The notes beneath the pieces are model-generated. The model did no database searches and had not been told where the DNA came from. It worked only from the letters and a program-made list of their open reading frames with translations. The position numbers and the translations under genes were made by a program. From Calditrichales bacterium (GTDB taxonomy: Bacteria; Calditrichota; Calditrichia; Calditrichales; J004), in NCBI GenBank assembly GCA_965267575.1, contig OZ254086.1, positions 2,560,001 to 2,624,000 on the forward strand: a DNA stretch of 64,000 nt. The letters run 5' to 3'. Positions 37,998-47,258 of the stretch are shown one piece after another (position 1 is the first letter of the stretch; the number at the start of each line of letters is the position of its first letter).

Positions 37998-39587
37998 ATG
38001 TCTCGCTTACAACGTCCGGCGTTTATCGCTTTTACCCTTATTTTGATTGTGCTTGCTGGCTGTTCGGGCCAGAAGCAGGAAACGAAACCTGCCAGCGGCG
38101 GCCAGATGATCATCGGCATTACCGGCGATGTTGATACCTTCAACCCGCTTTTCGCGGAATCCGCTTTTGCTGCAGAGATCAATCACCTGATCATGCTGGG
38201 CCTGGCCGACCTGGATGACAAATCGAATTTTGCACCGGAAATCGCCGCATCCTGGGAAAGCAATGAAGACAACACCGCAATTACCTACATACTTAGAAAA
38301 GACGCCGTTTGGGCCGACGGCCAGCCTATTACCGCTTATGACGTGAAGTTTACCTATGACCTGCTTAGAGAAGAGACACTGGCCAGCCCGCGCCAGATGA
38401 CAGTAGAGTTTCTTAACAATGTGGTCGTTGTCGATTCGCATACGGTACGTTTCGAATTTGCGCAGGCTTACCCGGCGCAAATGTTTGATACGGCAGGGGA
38501 GATCCTGCCCAGACACCTTCTTAAGGATGTGCCGCCAGCCGAATTGCGCGCCCATGAATTTGGCCGCTCGCCGCTCGCTTCCGGCCCGTTTAAGCTGGCC
38601 AAATGGGAAAACCAGCAATATATCGAGCTGATACGAAACGAAAATTACTGGGGTAAAAAGCCCTACCTGGACAAGCTGATCTTCAAGATAGTGCCCGATC
38701 CCAACAGCCTGTTGATGCAGCTTGAAAGCGGTGAAATTGATATGATGGCCGGCGTGCCGCCTTCCGAGGTAGCCCGTCTTAAGCAGGGCAATCCGGATAT
38801 TGATATTCACCAGGTATCGGGGCGCGTTTTTTACTATGTTGGATACAATCTGACCAACCCCTTGTTTGAGAACGTGGAAGTACGCCGGGCATTAGCCATG
38901 GCGCTGGATCGCCAAACGATGATTGATGCCCTCCTTTACGGATATGGCACGCCGAGTAACGGGCCGCTGCCCCCGATTGTGAAATGGGCTTACAATGATG
39001 ATGTGCAGCAACTCCCGCATGACCAGCAAAAGGCGGCGGCGGTGTTGGCTGAACAAGGCTGGACAGACAGCGACGGCAACGGTGTGCTTGACAAAAACGG
39101 TCGTGAATTTTCCTTTGTTTTAAAACTACCCACCGGCAGTACCATTCGCGATGACGCGGCTGTTGTTATCCAGGAAGCATGGCGCAAGCTGGGGCTGGAT
39201 GTTAAAATAGAGCCGCTGGAGCGCAACGCTTTCGGGCGTGATATGCAAACCAAGAATTTCGATGCCGTGCTGAGCGCCTGGAGCATGTCCTACTATATAG
39301 ATCCGACGCCTATTTTCCATTCGCAGTCCACGCATATGTTTAACTTTGTCAGCTACAACAGCCCGCGCGCCGATGAATTAATCGAACAGGGCCGTAGTGA
39401 AATGGACCGCGCTAAAGCAGCACAGATCTGGAAAGAGTTTCAGCAGCAGGTGTACAACGATCAACCTTACACGTTTTTGTTTTGGGTAGACAAGGCCGTA
39501 GCTGTTAATAACGACTTTAAAGATGTAACGCCCATCGCGCTGAGCAGTTTATACGACGTTGAAAACTGGTATAAAGCCAAAGAGTAA
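37998..39587 (+). CDS. Oligopeptide/dipeptide ABC substrate-binding lipoprotein (SBP family 5)
   Basis: AAGGA RBS, lipobox LAGC; LRKDAVWADGQPITAYDVKFT, SGPFKL, VRRALAMALDR. Confidence 0.9.
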   Translation: MSRLQRPAFIAFTLILIVLAGCSGQKQETKPASGGQMIIGITGDVDTFNPLFAESAFAAEINHLIMLGLADLDDKSNFAPEIAASWESNEDNTAITYILRKDAVWADGQPITAYDVKFTYDLLREETLASPRQMTVEFLNNVVVVDSHTVRFEFAQAYPAQMFDTAGEILPRHLLKDVPPAELRAHEFGRSPLASGPFKLAKWENQQYIELIRNENYWGKKPYLDKLIFKIVPDPNSLLMQLESGEIDMMAGVPPSEVARLKQGNPDIDIHQVSGRVFYYVGYNLTNPLFENVEVRRALAMALDRQTMIDALLYGYGTPSNGPLPPIVKWAYNDDVQQLPHDQQKAAAVLAEQGWTDSDGNGVLDKNGREFSFVLKLPTGSTIRDDAAVVIQEAWRKLGLDVKIEPLERNAFGRDMQTKNFDAVLSAWSMSYYIDPTPIFHSQSTHMFNFVSYNSPRADELIEQGRSEMDRAKAAQIWKEFQQQVYNDQPYTFLFWVDKAVAVNNDFKDVTPIALSSLYDVENWYKAKE

Positions 39588-40417
39588 TGGCAAAGCCGCT
39601 GTTACAGGTAGAGGGGTTGTCCGTTTGCTTAGAGGAAAAAGGCAAGCCTCCTTTCTATCCCGTGCGTGATGTTACTTTTGATCTTGAGCGCAGCGCCATA
39701 ACCGCTCTTGTCGGGCTGTCAGGTTCCGGCAAAAGTATGTTGTCCCTGGCCTTGTTAGACCTTTTGCCGCAAAATGGGCGCATCAGTGCCGGCACAATCC
39801 ATTTTAACCGCGATTGTTTTTTTGAAGCGGGCAAAAGCAACCGCCTGCCCGGTCTGCGCGGTCGCAATGTGAGCATGATTTTCCAGGAACCCCTGGCCGC
39901 GCTTAACCCTGTTTTTACCATCGGAAGCCAGTTTAGCGATGTTATCGTTCTTGATAAGGGCTGTGGCCGTGCGGAGGCGCGCGAAACCGCAAGGAACTGG
40001 CTTGAGCGCTGCGGTCTTGCCAACGCGGCCGAAGTTTTAGGCCTCTATCCGCATCAGTTGAGCGGCGGAATGGCGCAGCGCGTTATGATCGCCATGGCCC
40101 TGAGTCGCCGGCCGCAGGTGCTTCTGGCCGATGAACCGACAACGGCGCTGGACGTCTCAACGCAGAAAAGAATACTCTCTCTTTTGCAGCAACTGCAACG
40201 GGAGCTTGGTTTTGCCATCCTGCTGGTGAGCCACGATCTGTCACTGGTAGGACGCCTGGCCGGGCATGTGCTTGTTATGGATAAAGGCCGGATTGTTGAG
40301 CAGGGAAGCTTTCACGGGCTTGTAAACAATCCGCAAAGTGCATTAACCGAACGCCTTGTGGCCGATTACGCCCGCCGCGCAAACCGTCTGGGAATTATTC
40401 AGCAGGCCGTGCAATAG
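39587..40417 (+). CDS. Peptide ABC ATP-binding protein (OppD/DppD-like)
   Basis: [37 protein letters not shown]. Confidence 0.9.
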   Translation: MAKPLLQVEGLSVCLEEKGKPPFYPVRDVTFDLERSAITALVGLSGSGKSMLSLALLDLLPQNGRISAGTIHFNRDCFFEAGKSNRLPGLRGRNVSMIFQEPLAALNPVFTIGSQFSDVIVLDKGCGRAEARETARNWLERCGLANAAEVLGLYPHQLSGGMAQRVMIAMALSRRPQVLLADEPTTALDVSTQKRILSLLQQLQRELGFAILLVSHDLSLVGRLAGHVLVMDKGRIVEQGSFHGLVNNPQSALTERLVADYARRANRLGIIQQAVQ

Positions 40418-40467
40418 TAACATCTTGGTTATCCTCCCCGATAATAGCTTAAAAACAGGATGAACTT

Positions 40468-41283
40468 ATGCCGGACAGGGATGTCTTTCTTTCGCTCAAA
40501 CATATTTCGAAATCGTTTAAAGACAGCGGGTCAGATTGCCCTGTGCTTTCGGATGTGAATTTAACCATACAGCGCGGGGAGATTCTGGCTTTGGCCGGGG
40601 AAAGCGGCAGCGGCAAAAGTACACTGGCGCGTTGCATCTTGCGCCTGGTTGAAGCAGACAGCGGCGAAATGTGGCACAATGGCAAAAACCTGCTGGCCTT
40701 GCCCATCCGTAAGTTTCGTAAACAATACCGTTGTTTCCAGATGATTTTTCAGAACCCGGCCCTGGCGCTCAATCCGTTGATGAGTGTACATGCCGCCCTG
40801 AACGAAGTTGTGCGCGTTGTACAGGGATTAAAGGGTGTGGAAGCTGAGGAGCGCATCAGTAGCCTGCTTAACGACGTGGGGTTGGATGAGCGCCTGCTGG
40901 CCAGCAAGCCGGCAAAACTGAGCGGTGGCGAAAAACAGCGCCTGGTTATCGCCCGTGCCCTGGCAGCACGTCCGCGTTTCCTCATCGCCGATGAACCCAC
41001 GGCCAGCCTCGATGCCAGCCACCGCCGCACAATTCTTGACCTGCTGGCAAAACTAAGCCGCCGCTACGGTTTGACCATCCTGCTTATCACGCACGATATC
41101 GGTGCCGTACTGGACGTGGCCGACCGAATAGCCGTGTTAAAACAAGGCCGTATTGTGGAAGCAGATACGCTTGATGATGGCTTTGCGCAACGGCCGCATC
41201 ATGTCTATACGCGCGAGCTCCTGAAGGCTGCCCTGCTGCCCGCGGACGAAACGGAGAACAGCAATGCGCTCGTTTTGGCTTAG
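40468..41283 (+). CDS. Peptide ABC ATP-binding protein (OppF/DppF-like)
   Basis: GESGSGKST, LSGGEKQR, IADEPTASLD, PHHVYTRELL. Confidence 0.9.
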   Translation: MPDRDVFLSLKHISKSFKDSGSDCPVLSDVNLTIQRGEILALAGESGSGKSTLARCILRLVEADSGEMWHNGKNLLALPIRKFRKQYRCFQMIFQNPALALNPLMSVHAALNEVVRVVQGLKGVEAEERISSLLNDVGLDERLLASKPAKLSGGEKQRLVIARALAARPRFLIADEPTASLDASHRRTILDLLAKLSRRYGLTILLITHDIGAVLDVADRIAVLKQGRIVEADTLDDGFAQRPHHVYTRELLKAALLPADETENSNALVLA

Positions 41284-42244
41284 GCGCCTGGCACACAGCC
41301 TGCTTGTTATCTGGGGTGTGCTTACGCTGATATTCGTGATTCTGCACCTGGCGCCCGGCGATCCGCTTGCGCTTTATGTACGCCCGGACATATCTCCCGA
41401 ATTACTGGAAAAAATGCGCGCCCGTTTCGGCTTTGACCAGCCGTTGTGGCATCAATATGTCACCTGGCTGCTGGCCTTTGTGCAGCTCGATTTTGGTGTT
41501 TCCTTTTCCCACGCCCGGCCTGTTGCCTCTATCCTGGCCGAAGCGCTGCCGGCCACTCTGCAGCTCTCGTTAACCGTTTTTGTCCTGCAGTTTTTTGCGG
41601 GAGGCGCGCTGGGCGTCTATAACGCCGTCCATAAAGGCAAAAAACGCGAAAAAGCCGTTAACGGAATCATGCTTTTTTTGTATGCCATGCCCGGTTTCTG
41701 GCTGGCACTGATCCTTGTGCTGATCTTTTCCTACAAGCTGGGCTGGCTGCCTTCCGGGCAGATGGTCTCGCTTGGCGTGGATGACGGATTCTGGCCGCAA
41801 TTGGGCGACCGCTTGTTGCATATGGTGCTGCCGGTGACGGTTTTGATGGTGCCCTTTGTGGCCCAAACCAGCCGTTTTATGCAGGAGCAAATGGAGAGCA
41901 TCCTCAGCCAGCCCTATGTACGCAGCGCCCGGGCATTCGGTTTTTCACAAAAAACAATCCTTTATAAATACGCCTTAAGGAATGCTTTATTGCCAATGAT
42001 TTCCCTGTTCGGTTTGTACTTTCCTTTTTTGCTGGGCGGCGCCGTTATTACGGAATACATTTTTGCCTGGCCCGGTGTAGGAAGGCTAATGATCGAAGCG
42101 GTTTTTGCCAACGATTACCCGCTGATCCTGGCAGGCTGCTTTATTGCCGCTTTATCGGTGGTTACGGGTAACCTGCTTTCCGATCTGCTTTACCGCAAGG
42201 CCGACCCCCGGATCGGCCGGAAGGAGCGTTATGCGCGCGGCTGA
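41264..42244 (+). CDS. Peptide ABC permease (OppB/DppB-like)
   Basis: LAPGDP, GFDQPLWHQY, YVRSARAFG, GGAVITEYIFAWPGVG, DPRI. Confidence 0.9.
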   Translation: MRSFWLRRLAHSLLVIWGVLTLIFVILHLAPGDPLALYVRPDISPELLEKMRARFGFDQPLWHQYVTWLLAFVQLDFGVSFSHARPVASILAEALPATLQLSLTVFVLQFFAGGALGVYNAVHKGKKREKAVNGIMLFLYAMPGFWLALILVLIFSYKLGWLPSGQMVSLGVDDGFWPQLGDRLLHMVLPVTVLMVPFVAQTSRFMQEQMESILSQPYVRSARAFGFSQKTILYKYALRNALLPMISLFGLYFPFLLGGAVITEYIFAWPGVGRLMIEAVFANDYPLILAGCFIAALSVVTGNLLSDLLYRKADPRIGRKERYARG

Positions 42245-43049
42245 ACGGATACGGCAAAACCCCATGCTTGTCACCGGCTTGCTGCTGGTGATCATTCTTG
42301 TTTTTGGCTCGTTGAGCGGCGCCGTTCTGGGTCTGGCGGAGCCTTCACAACATGGCGATTTACTGCTGGACCGCTATAAAAGCCCGTCATCGGAAAACTG
42401 GTTCGGTACGGACAAGTTTGGCCGTGATGTTTTTAGCAGGGTCTTATACGGCGGGCGCATTTCGTTGAGTATCGCCGTCAGCGTTATGCTGCTGTCGCTG
42501 AGCTTTGGCCTGTTTTATGGGGCTTTCGCGGCTTTTCGCGGCGGCAGAACCGGCACGCTGATGATGCGTCTTCTGGATTTTCTGCTGGCTGTGCCGCTCA
42601 TTTTCCTGGTGATCGCTTTGCTGGCCGTAACGCGGCTTAACCACTGGTATCTTATCCCGATACTTGCATTTACCGGCTGGATGGAGAGCGCGCGTATTGT
42701 TTACGGTGAAGTGCTTTCGCTGAAAAAACGCGAGTATGTTACCGCAGCGCGCTTGCTCGGCTTTTCCGATTGGCGCATTCTGTTTGTACATATTCTGCCG
42801 CAGTGCCTGTTTCTGGCCGTGGCACTGGCGCCGCTGAAAGTAGCCGAATTTGTGCTTCTGGAGTCGGCGCTCAGCTTTTTGGGCATAGGCGTACAGCCGC
42901 CCGTTCCGAGCTGGGGCAATATAATCAACGACGGGCGTTCGGTTCTTTTTAATGCCTGGTGGATCGCCACATTCCCGGGCATATTTATCACGCTTACCGT
43001 AATCGGTTTTCACATGATTGCAAAAGGTTTGCAGCGCAGACTGCTGTAA
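42231..43049 (+). CDS. Peptide ABC permease (OppC/DppC-like)
   Basis: FGTDKFGRDVFSRVLYGGRISL, ESALSFLGIGVQPPVPSWG. Confidence 0.9.
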   Translation: MRAAERIRQNPMLVTGLLLVIILVFGSLSGAVLGLAEPSQHGDLLLDRYKSPSSENWFGTDKFGRDVFSRVLYGGRISLSIAVSVMLLSLSFGLFYGAFAAFRGGRTGTLMMRLLDFLLAVPLIFLVIALLAVTRLNHWYLIPILAFTGWMESARIVYGEVLSLKKREYVTAARLLGFSDWRILFVHILPQCLFLAVALAPLKVAEFVLLESALSFLGIGVQPPVPSWGNIINDGRSVLFNAWWIATFPGIFITLTVIGFHMIAKGLQRRLL

Positions 43050-43144
43050 TAAGCTGACCGCAGCAATGGCGGGGCTTAAGAAAACCGGAAATATACCGAA
43101 ATTCAAATAATTGGAATGTGAATGAAACGGAAACGCACGGCTAG

Positions 43145-44161
43145 ATGAGTACGAAAAATATAATCGGTGAATCGCAGAGCTTCAGAGATATGCTGGATAC
43201 GGCGCGCAAACTGGCACGCAGCCCGCATATTACCACGCTGATAGAGGGCGAAAACGGAACCGGTAAAGGCGAAATCGCCCGTTTTATTCACAACAACAGT
43301 CTCAATGCTAATAAACCCTATGTGGATATCAACTGCGGCGCGATACCGGAATCATTGCTGGAGAGCGAATTATTTGGCCATGAGAAGGGGGCATTTACCG
43401 GTGCGCAGAGCCAGAAAAAGGGCCTTTTTGAACAGGCCGACGGCGGGACGATTTTCCTGGATGAAATAGGCAATACCAGCCTTGGGTTTCAGAGCAAGCT
43501 TCTAAAAGTTGTAGAAAACAAAACCTTCCGTCACGTCGGCGGCATACAGGAAATAGTTGTAAACTGCCGCATCATAGCCGCCACGAATGTTGATCTCAAA
43601 AAGGCTGTAAAAGAAAAAACTTTCCGTGAAGATCTCTATTATCGTTTAAATATCGGCCGGCTTTTCCTGCCGCCGTTGCGCAAGCGAAAAGAAGATATTC
43701 TCATTTTGGCGGACCACTTTTTGCAAACCTGTAATAACGAGTATGGGCGTGAAATAAAAGGTATTGCGCCCGATGCCCGCGAAGCGATGCTTAATTACGA
43801 TTGGCCGGGTAATATCCGCCAGTTAAAAAACAGCATTGAACGGGCCGTGCTTATCGAAAGCGAAGAGTGGATAACCCGTGCTGACTTGAATTTGGACCAC
43901 GGGCCGCAAAACCATCCCACGCGCCATTTTGGCGAAGTCAACGGCAACGGTACGCCTCCCAAGCTCAAGGACCTGGAGCGTTATCATTTTCCCACACAGG
44001 GCATCCCGCTGGAAGAACTGGAACGCGGGATCATCAGCAGCGCCCTGAAAAAGGCGGACGGCAACTTAAGCCACGCTGCACGTCTGCTAAAAATTACCCG
44101 CGGCAAGCTGCGCTACCGCATGCAAAAACTGGGCATTGAAGAGCCCGGACCCAGCGTTTAA
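43145..44161 (+). CDS. Sigma-54-dependent enhancer-binding activator lacking an N-terminal regulatory domain
   Basis: Starts directly at [52 protein letters not shown]-terminal Fis-type HTH. Confidence 0.93.
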   Translation: MSTKNIIGESQSFRDMLDTARKLARSPHITTLIEGENGTGKGEIARFIHNNSLNANKPYVDINCGAIPESLLESELFGHEKGAFTGAQSQKKGLFEQADGGTIFLDEIGNTSLGFQSKLLKVVENKTFRHVGGIQEIVVNCRIIAATNVDLKKAVKEKTFREDLYYRLNIGRLFLPPLRKRKEDILILADHFLQTCNNEYGREIKGIAPDAREAMLNYDWPGNIRQLKNSIERAVLIESEEWITRADLNLDHGPQNHPTRHFGEVNGNGTPPKLKDLERYHFPTQGIPLEELERGIISSALKKADGNLSHAARLLKITRGKLRYRMQKLGIEEPGPSV

Positions 44162-44162
44162 A

Positions 44163-44291
44163 TGTTGCATTTGCACGACAACGCTAAGCCCTTTCCTGTT
44201 GGACATTAGCGACAATCAAGATGACAAAATTACCTTACAGCCCTTCATGGCGGGGCTGGTACGTATATCGGTTTTTGGCACGCCAGTTGAA
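44163..44291 (+). promoter_or_regulatory. Putative sigma-54 promoter with paired TGTTG-N8-CGACA boxes
   Basis: Boxes at 44163-44180 and 44197-44214; TTGGCACGCCAGTTGA at 44275. Confidence 0.55.
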
Positions 44292-44326
44292 AAAATAGTT
44301 CATAACCACCAAACAAGGAGTTCTAT

Positions 44327-45403
44327 ATGCGACGCTTATGTGTTTCTCTATTTATGCTTTTTGCTTTCTCGGTATCGCTCTACGCCCAGGATGACCGTAG
44401 TCTCGAAGAAACGTTAAACCTGCTATCGGGAGACGCAGCCCAGGCCTATCTTGATCCCGTGGCGTCCGGTTTTGGCGCTAATATCAACGCCGGATGGTTT
44501 CATAAATCGCCTGCGCCCAAAAAACTGGGTTTCGACCTGGAAATTAGCCTGGTAGCAATGGGGTCGCAGTTTGCCGATGACAAGAAAAGCTTCTCCAAGT
44601 CCGGCCAGTTTACCTTCAACGAAAGTGAAGCTAATCAGCTGGTAAATAATGTAAACGGACTTTCGGCGCAGCAACGCCAATGGCTGATCGGTGAACTCAC
44701 CAGCAATCCATCTACCGTTCGCTTCTCAGGCGCAACCATTATCGGGGCTGAAGATGACTATATCACGGTTGCGTTCCCGGGTAATACTTATACCGAACCG
44801 CAAAGCGGTCAGCAAATAAGTGTGCCCGCGGAAGAGATCATTTTGCCTGTCGGCGGGTTCCAGGAACTGGCCGATATTGGTGTATTGCCCATGTTTGCGC
44901 CACAGCTTAGTATCGGTACGGTCTATGGCAGCCAGGCTACTTTCCGCTACCTGCCGGATGTAGAGCTGCAGGAAGGCATGGGAACGTTCAGCTATTTCGG
45001 GTTTGGCATTCAGCATAACCCGACCGTGTGGCTGCCCATGTCATTGCCGGTTGATGTTTCCGCGGCCTTCTATACGCAAAATATGCAGGTGGGCGATTTG
45101 ATGGAAACCAGCGCGGTGGCCTTTGGCCTTAATGCCAGCAAGCAGTTTGGCTTTGATTTTCTGAACGTTACTCCTTATGCCGGCTTCATGCTGGAAAGCG
45201 CAACAACAACCGTTAAGTATAATTTCATTGTTGAAACGCCGACAGGACCAAGTGTGCAAAGCGTTAATTTTGACCTTGAAGGTGAAAATACATCACGGCT
45301 CATTCTGGGACTGAGCCTGCGTTTTCTGCTCATTAACATTAATGCCGATTACAACATCGGTGCTTACAATAACTTTAGCGCCGGCCTCTCTTTTGCCATC
45401 TAG
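44327..45403 (+). CDS. Outer-membrane beta-barrel-like protein (DUF6588-like)
   Basis: Signal peptide; YLDPVASGFGANINAGW, PQLSIG, RYLP, FGFGIQH; amphipathic C-terminal strand SAGLSFAI. Confidence 0.65.
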   Translation: MRRLCVSLFMLFAFSVSLYAQDDRSLEETLNLLSGDAAQAYLDPVASGFGANINAGWFHKSPAPKKLGFDLEISLVAMGSQFADDKKSFSKSGQFTFNESEANQLVNNVNGLSAQQRQWLIGELTSNPSTVRFSGATIIGAEDDYITVAFPGNTYTEPQSGQQISVPAEEIILPVGGFQELADIGVLPMFAPQLSIGTVYGSQATFRYLPDVELQEGMGTFSYFGFGIQHNPTVWLPMSLPVDVSAAFYTQNMQVGDLMETSAVAFGLNASKQFGFDFLNVTPYAGFMLESATTTVKYNFIVETPTGPSVQSVNFDLEGENTSRLILGLSLRFLLININADYNIGAYNNFSAGLSFAI

Positions 45404-45420
45404 GTTATGATAAGTTGATA

Positions 45421-45452
45421 AAAAAAAGCCCGCCATTTTTGACGGGCTTTTT
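45421..45452. terminator. Bidirectional intrinsic terminator
   Basis: AAAAAAAGCCCG..CGGGCTTTTTT between convergent genes. Confidence 0.8.
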
Positions 45453-45474
45453 TGTTTAGATGAGGCCTGAAGCT

Positions 45475-47097
45475 TTACATAGTTGTGTTCAGGAATTTTG
45501 AGAGCGTTTCATGCAGGCCTTCGCCGCGCAGCTCATCACCAACGGCTACGATTTTACCTTCCGGGTTTACCAAAATCGGTTTTGGGATACCCATTACTTC
45601 AAACCTTTGAGACAACTCGTTGCGGAAGCCGCCTTCCAGGAAGGTGTGCAGCCATGGCATAGCCCATGTCTCTTCGCGATATTTATCCACGTCTTCCGGC
45701 TTTCGGTCAAATGAAAGGCTGAGAATGGTAAAATTATCACCACTGAATTCCTTGTATGCTTCATGGATGCGTGGCATTTCCGCACGGCAGGGACCGCACC
45801 ATACCGCCCAGAAATCCATCAGGTAGTATTGGCCAAGCAGAGCTTTGTTGCTCACTTTCTCATCGCTGTTCATTAAAGTCACCTCGAACTCCGGCACCGG
45901 TTTGCCCTTGGCCACCGCCTTGTTGGGGTCAAGCTGGTGGACATCGTACTGAACTTCACGCACGTCGCTGTATGAATCGACCAGCGTTTTGTGTATGGTG
46001 GCTACTTTTGATTCATTTCCGGCTTTCTGATAACGCGTTCCGACGCCGGCCAGCACAATCGCTCTTGCGCGCTTGTCATCTATTTTGTCAAGATTGTTTT
46101 CCAGGTAGGTCAGCGCATCATCGCCCATGGCCATAACATATGCCTTGTCCATGCCGCGGGGTTCTATTGACCACATCGGGCTCTCCACCGGCAGTAAAGC
46201 AATCAGCTTTTCAGCGCGCTTTTCAACGGGTGCATTATCCGATAGCGGAATGTCCAGCATTTTGAGTGCGGCAAAAGAGCTTACAACCTTGCTCTCGCTG
46301 TTTAAATATTTGTCCAGATAAGCGATGATCTCTGAAGCGTCGTAGTTGAAGCCTTTGTAGCTGCCGTGCTCTTTGCCGTAGGCCGTAGCATTGCTGTAAA
46401 AGGAGGATCTGTATTCCGAAGCCGTTTTCTCTATTTCCAGGATCGCATTGAGTTGTTCGTCGTCGAATACAACTTTCAGTTCACCGCCCGACTTTTTCAG
46501 TTTAGCGGGATCAAAAACAATATGCGCCTTGCCGTCCTTTACGGGCGCGTACGAGATGTAATCGCCGCCACCGTCGTATTCGTATCCGATAGCTTGCGTA
46601 CCGTTGATGCTGTGACCGGTTTTTTCCACATTAAGGAGCTGATAACCCACCTTTTCGGCGTCACTTTCAACCTCGTACACGTAGGTGCCGTTTTCAGCCG
46701 GCGTCATGTTTTCTGCGGTCTGAAAATTAAAATCGTTAAAGTGACCAATAACGGCGGTCTGGCTGAGATCGTCTGCAAAGTTATAGCCGGGCATGGTGAT
46801 TTTGACGTTTACCTTTTGGTCATCCTGTGCCAGTAAGGGGATCTCGCTCGCGTAATGATCAACAGCCGTGACATAGAGCGTATAGTAACTGCCGTTTTGC
46901 AGCGTCGTCTCAAAATGGCCTTTTGCGTCAACAGTGATCGTTTTCATTGGCTGACGAACGCTTTGTCCCGTTTTGATTATGTGAACATGAGCCTGAAGCG
47001 GGGTTTCACCCGAGGCCGTTTTAACCTCGCCGCTGACTTTTATATCGGCGAACGAAAAAGTAACCAGCGCCAAAAGAATTATGATAAAAGGCTTCAT
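45475..47097 (-). CDS. Secreted TlpA/redoxin-family thiol-disulfide oxidoreductase
   Basis: Signal peptide; C-terminal LMDFWAVWCGPCRAEMP, GIPKPILVNPEG. Confidence 0.85.
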   Translation of the reverse strand: MKPFIIILLALVTFSFADIKVSGEVKTASGETPLQAHVHIIKTGQSVRQPMKTITVDAKGHFETTLQNGSYYTLYVTAVDHYASEIPLLAQDDQKVNVKITMPGYNFADDLSQTAVIGHFNDFNFQTAENMTPAENGTYVYEVESDAEKVGYQLLNVEKTGHSINGTQAIGYEYDGGGDYISYAPVKDGKAHIVFDPAKLKKSGGELKVVFDDEQLNAILEIEKTASEYRSSFYSNATAYGKEHGSYKGFNYDASEIIAYLDKYLNSESKVVSSFAALKMLDIPLSDNAPVEKRAEKLIALLPVESPMWSIEPRGMDKAYVMAMGDDALTYLENNLDKIDDKRARAIVLAGVGTRYQKAGNESKVATIHKTLVDSYSDVREVQYDVHQLDPNKAVAKGKPVPEFEVTLMNSDEKVSNKALLGQYYLMDFWAVWCGPCRAEMPRIHEAYKEFSGDNFTILSLSFDRKPEDVDKYREETWAMPWLHTFLEGGFRNELSQRFEVMGIPKPILVNPEGKIVAVGDELRGEGLHETLSKFLNTTM

Positions 47098-47168
47098 AAA
47101 CCCTCCTTTAAGTAATTATAAGAATGTAACAATTTTACGATGACAGTTGCGGGAAAACAAAGGTAAAA

Positions 47169-47239
47169 ACCCGTCCGGTGAAACCGGGTTTGTGTCGGGT
47201 GGGAAGGTTTGGTTTTTTGAGCATTTCCACCGGACGGGT
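47169..47239. repeat. Intergenic inverted repeat
   Basis: ACCCGTCCGGTGAAA ... TTTCCACCGGACGGGT. Confidence 0.6.
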
Positions 47240-47258
47240 ATGATGTCCCGGGCTCGTC

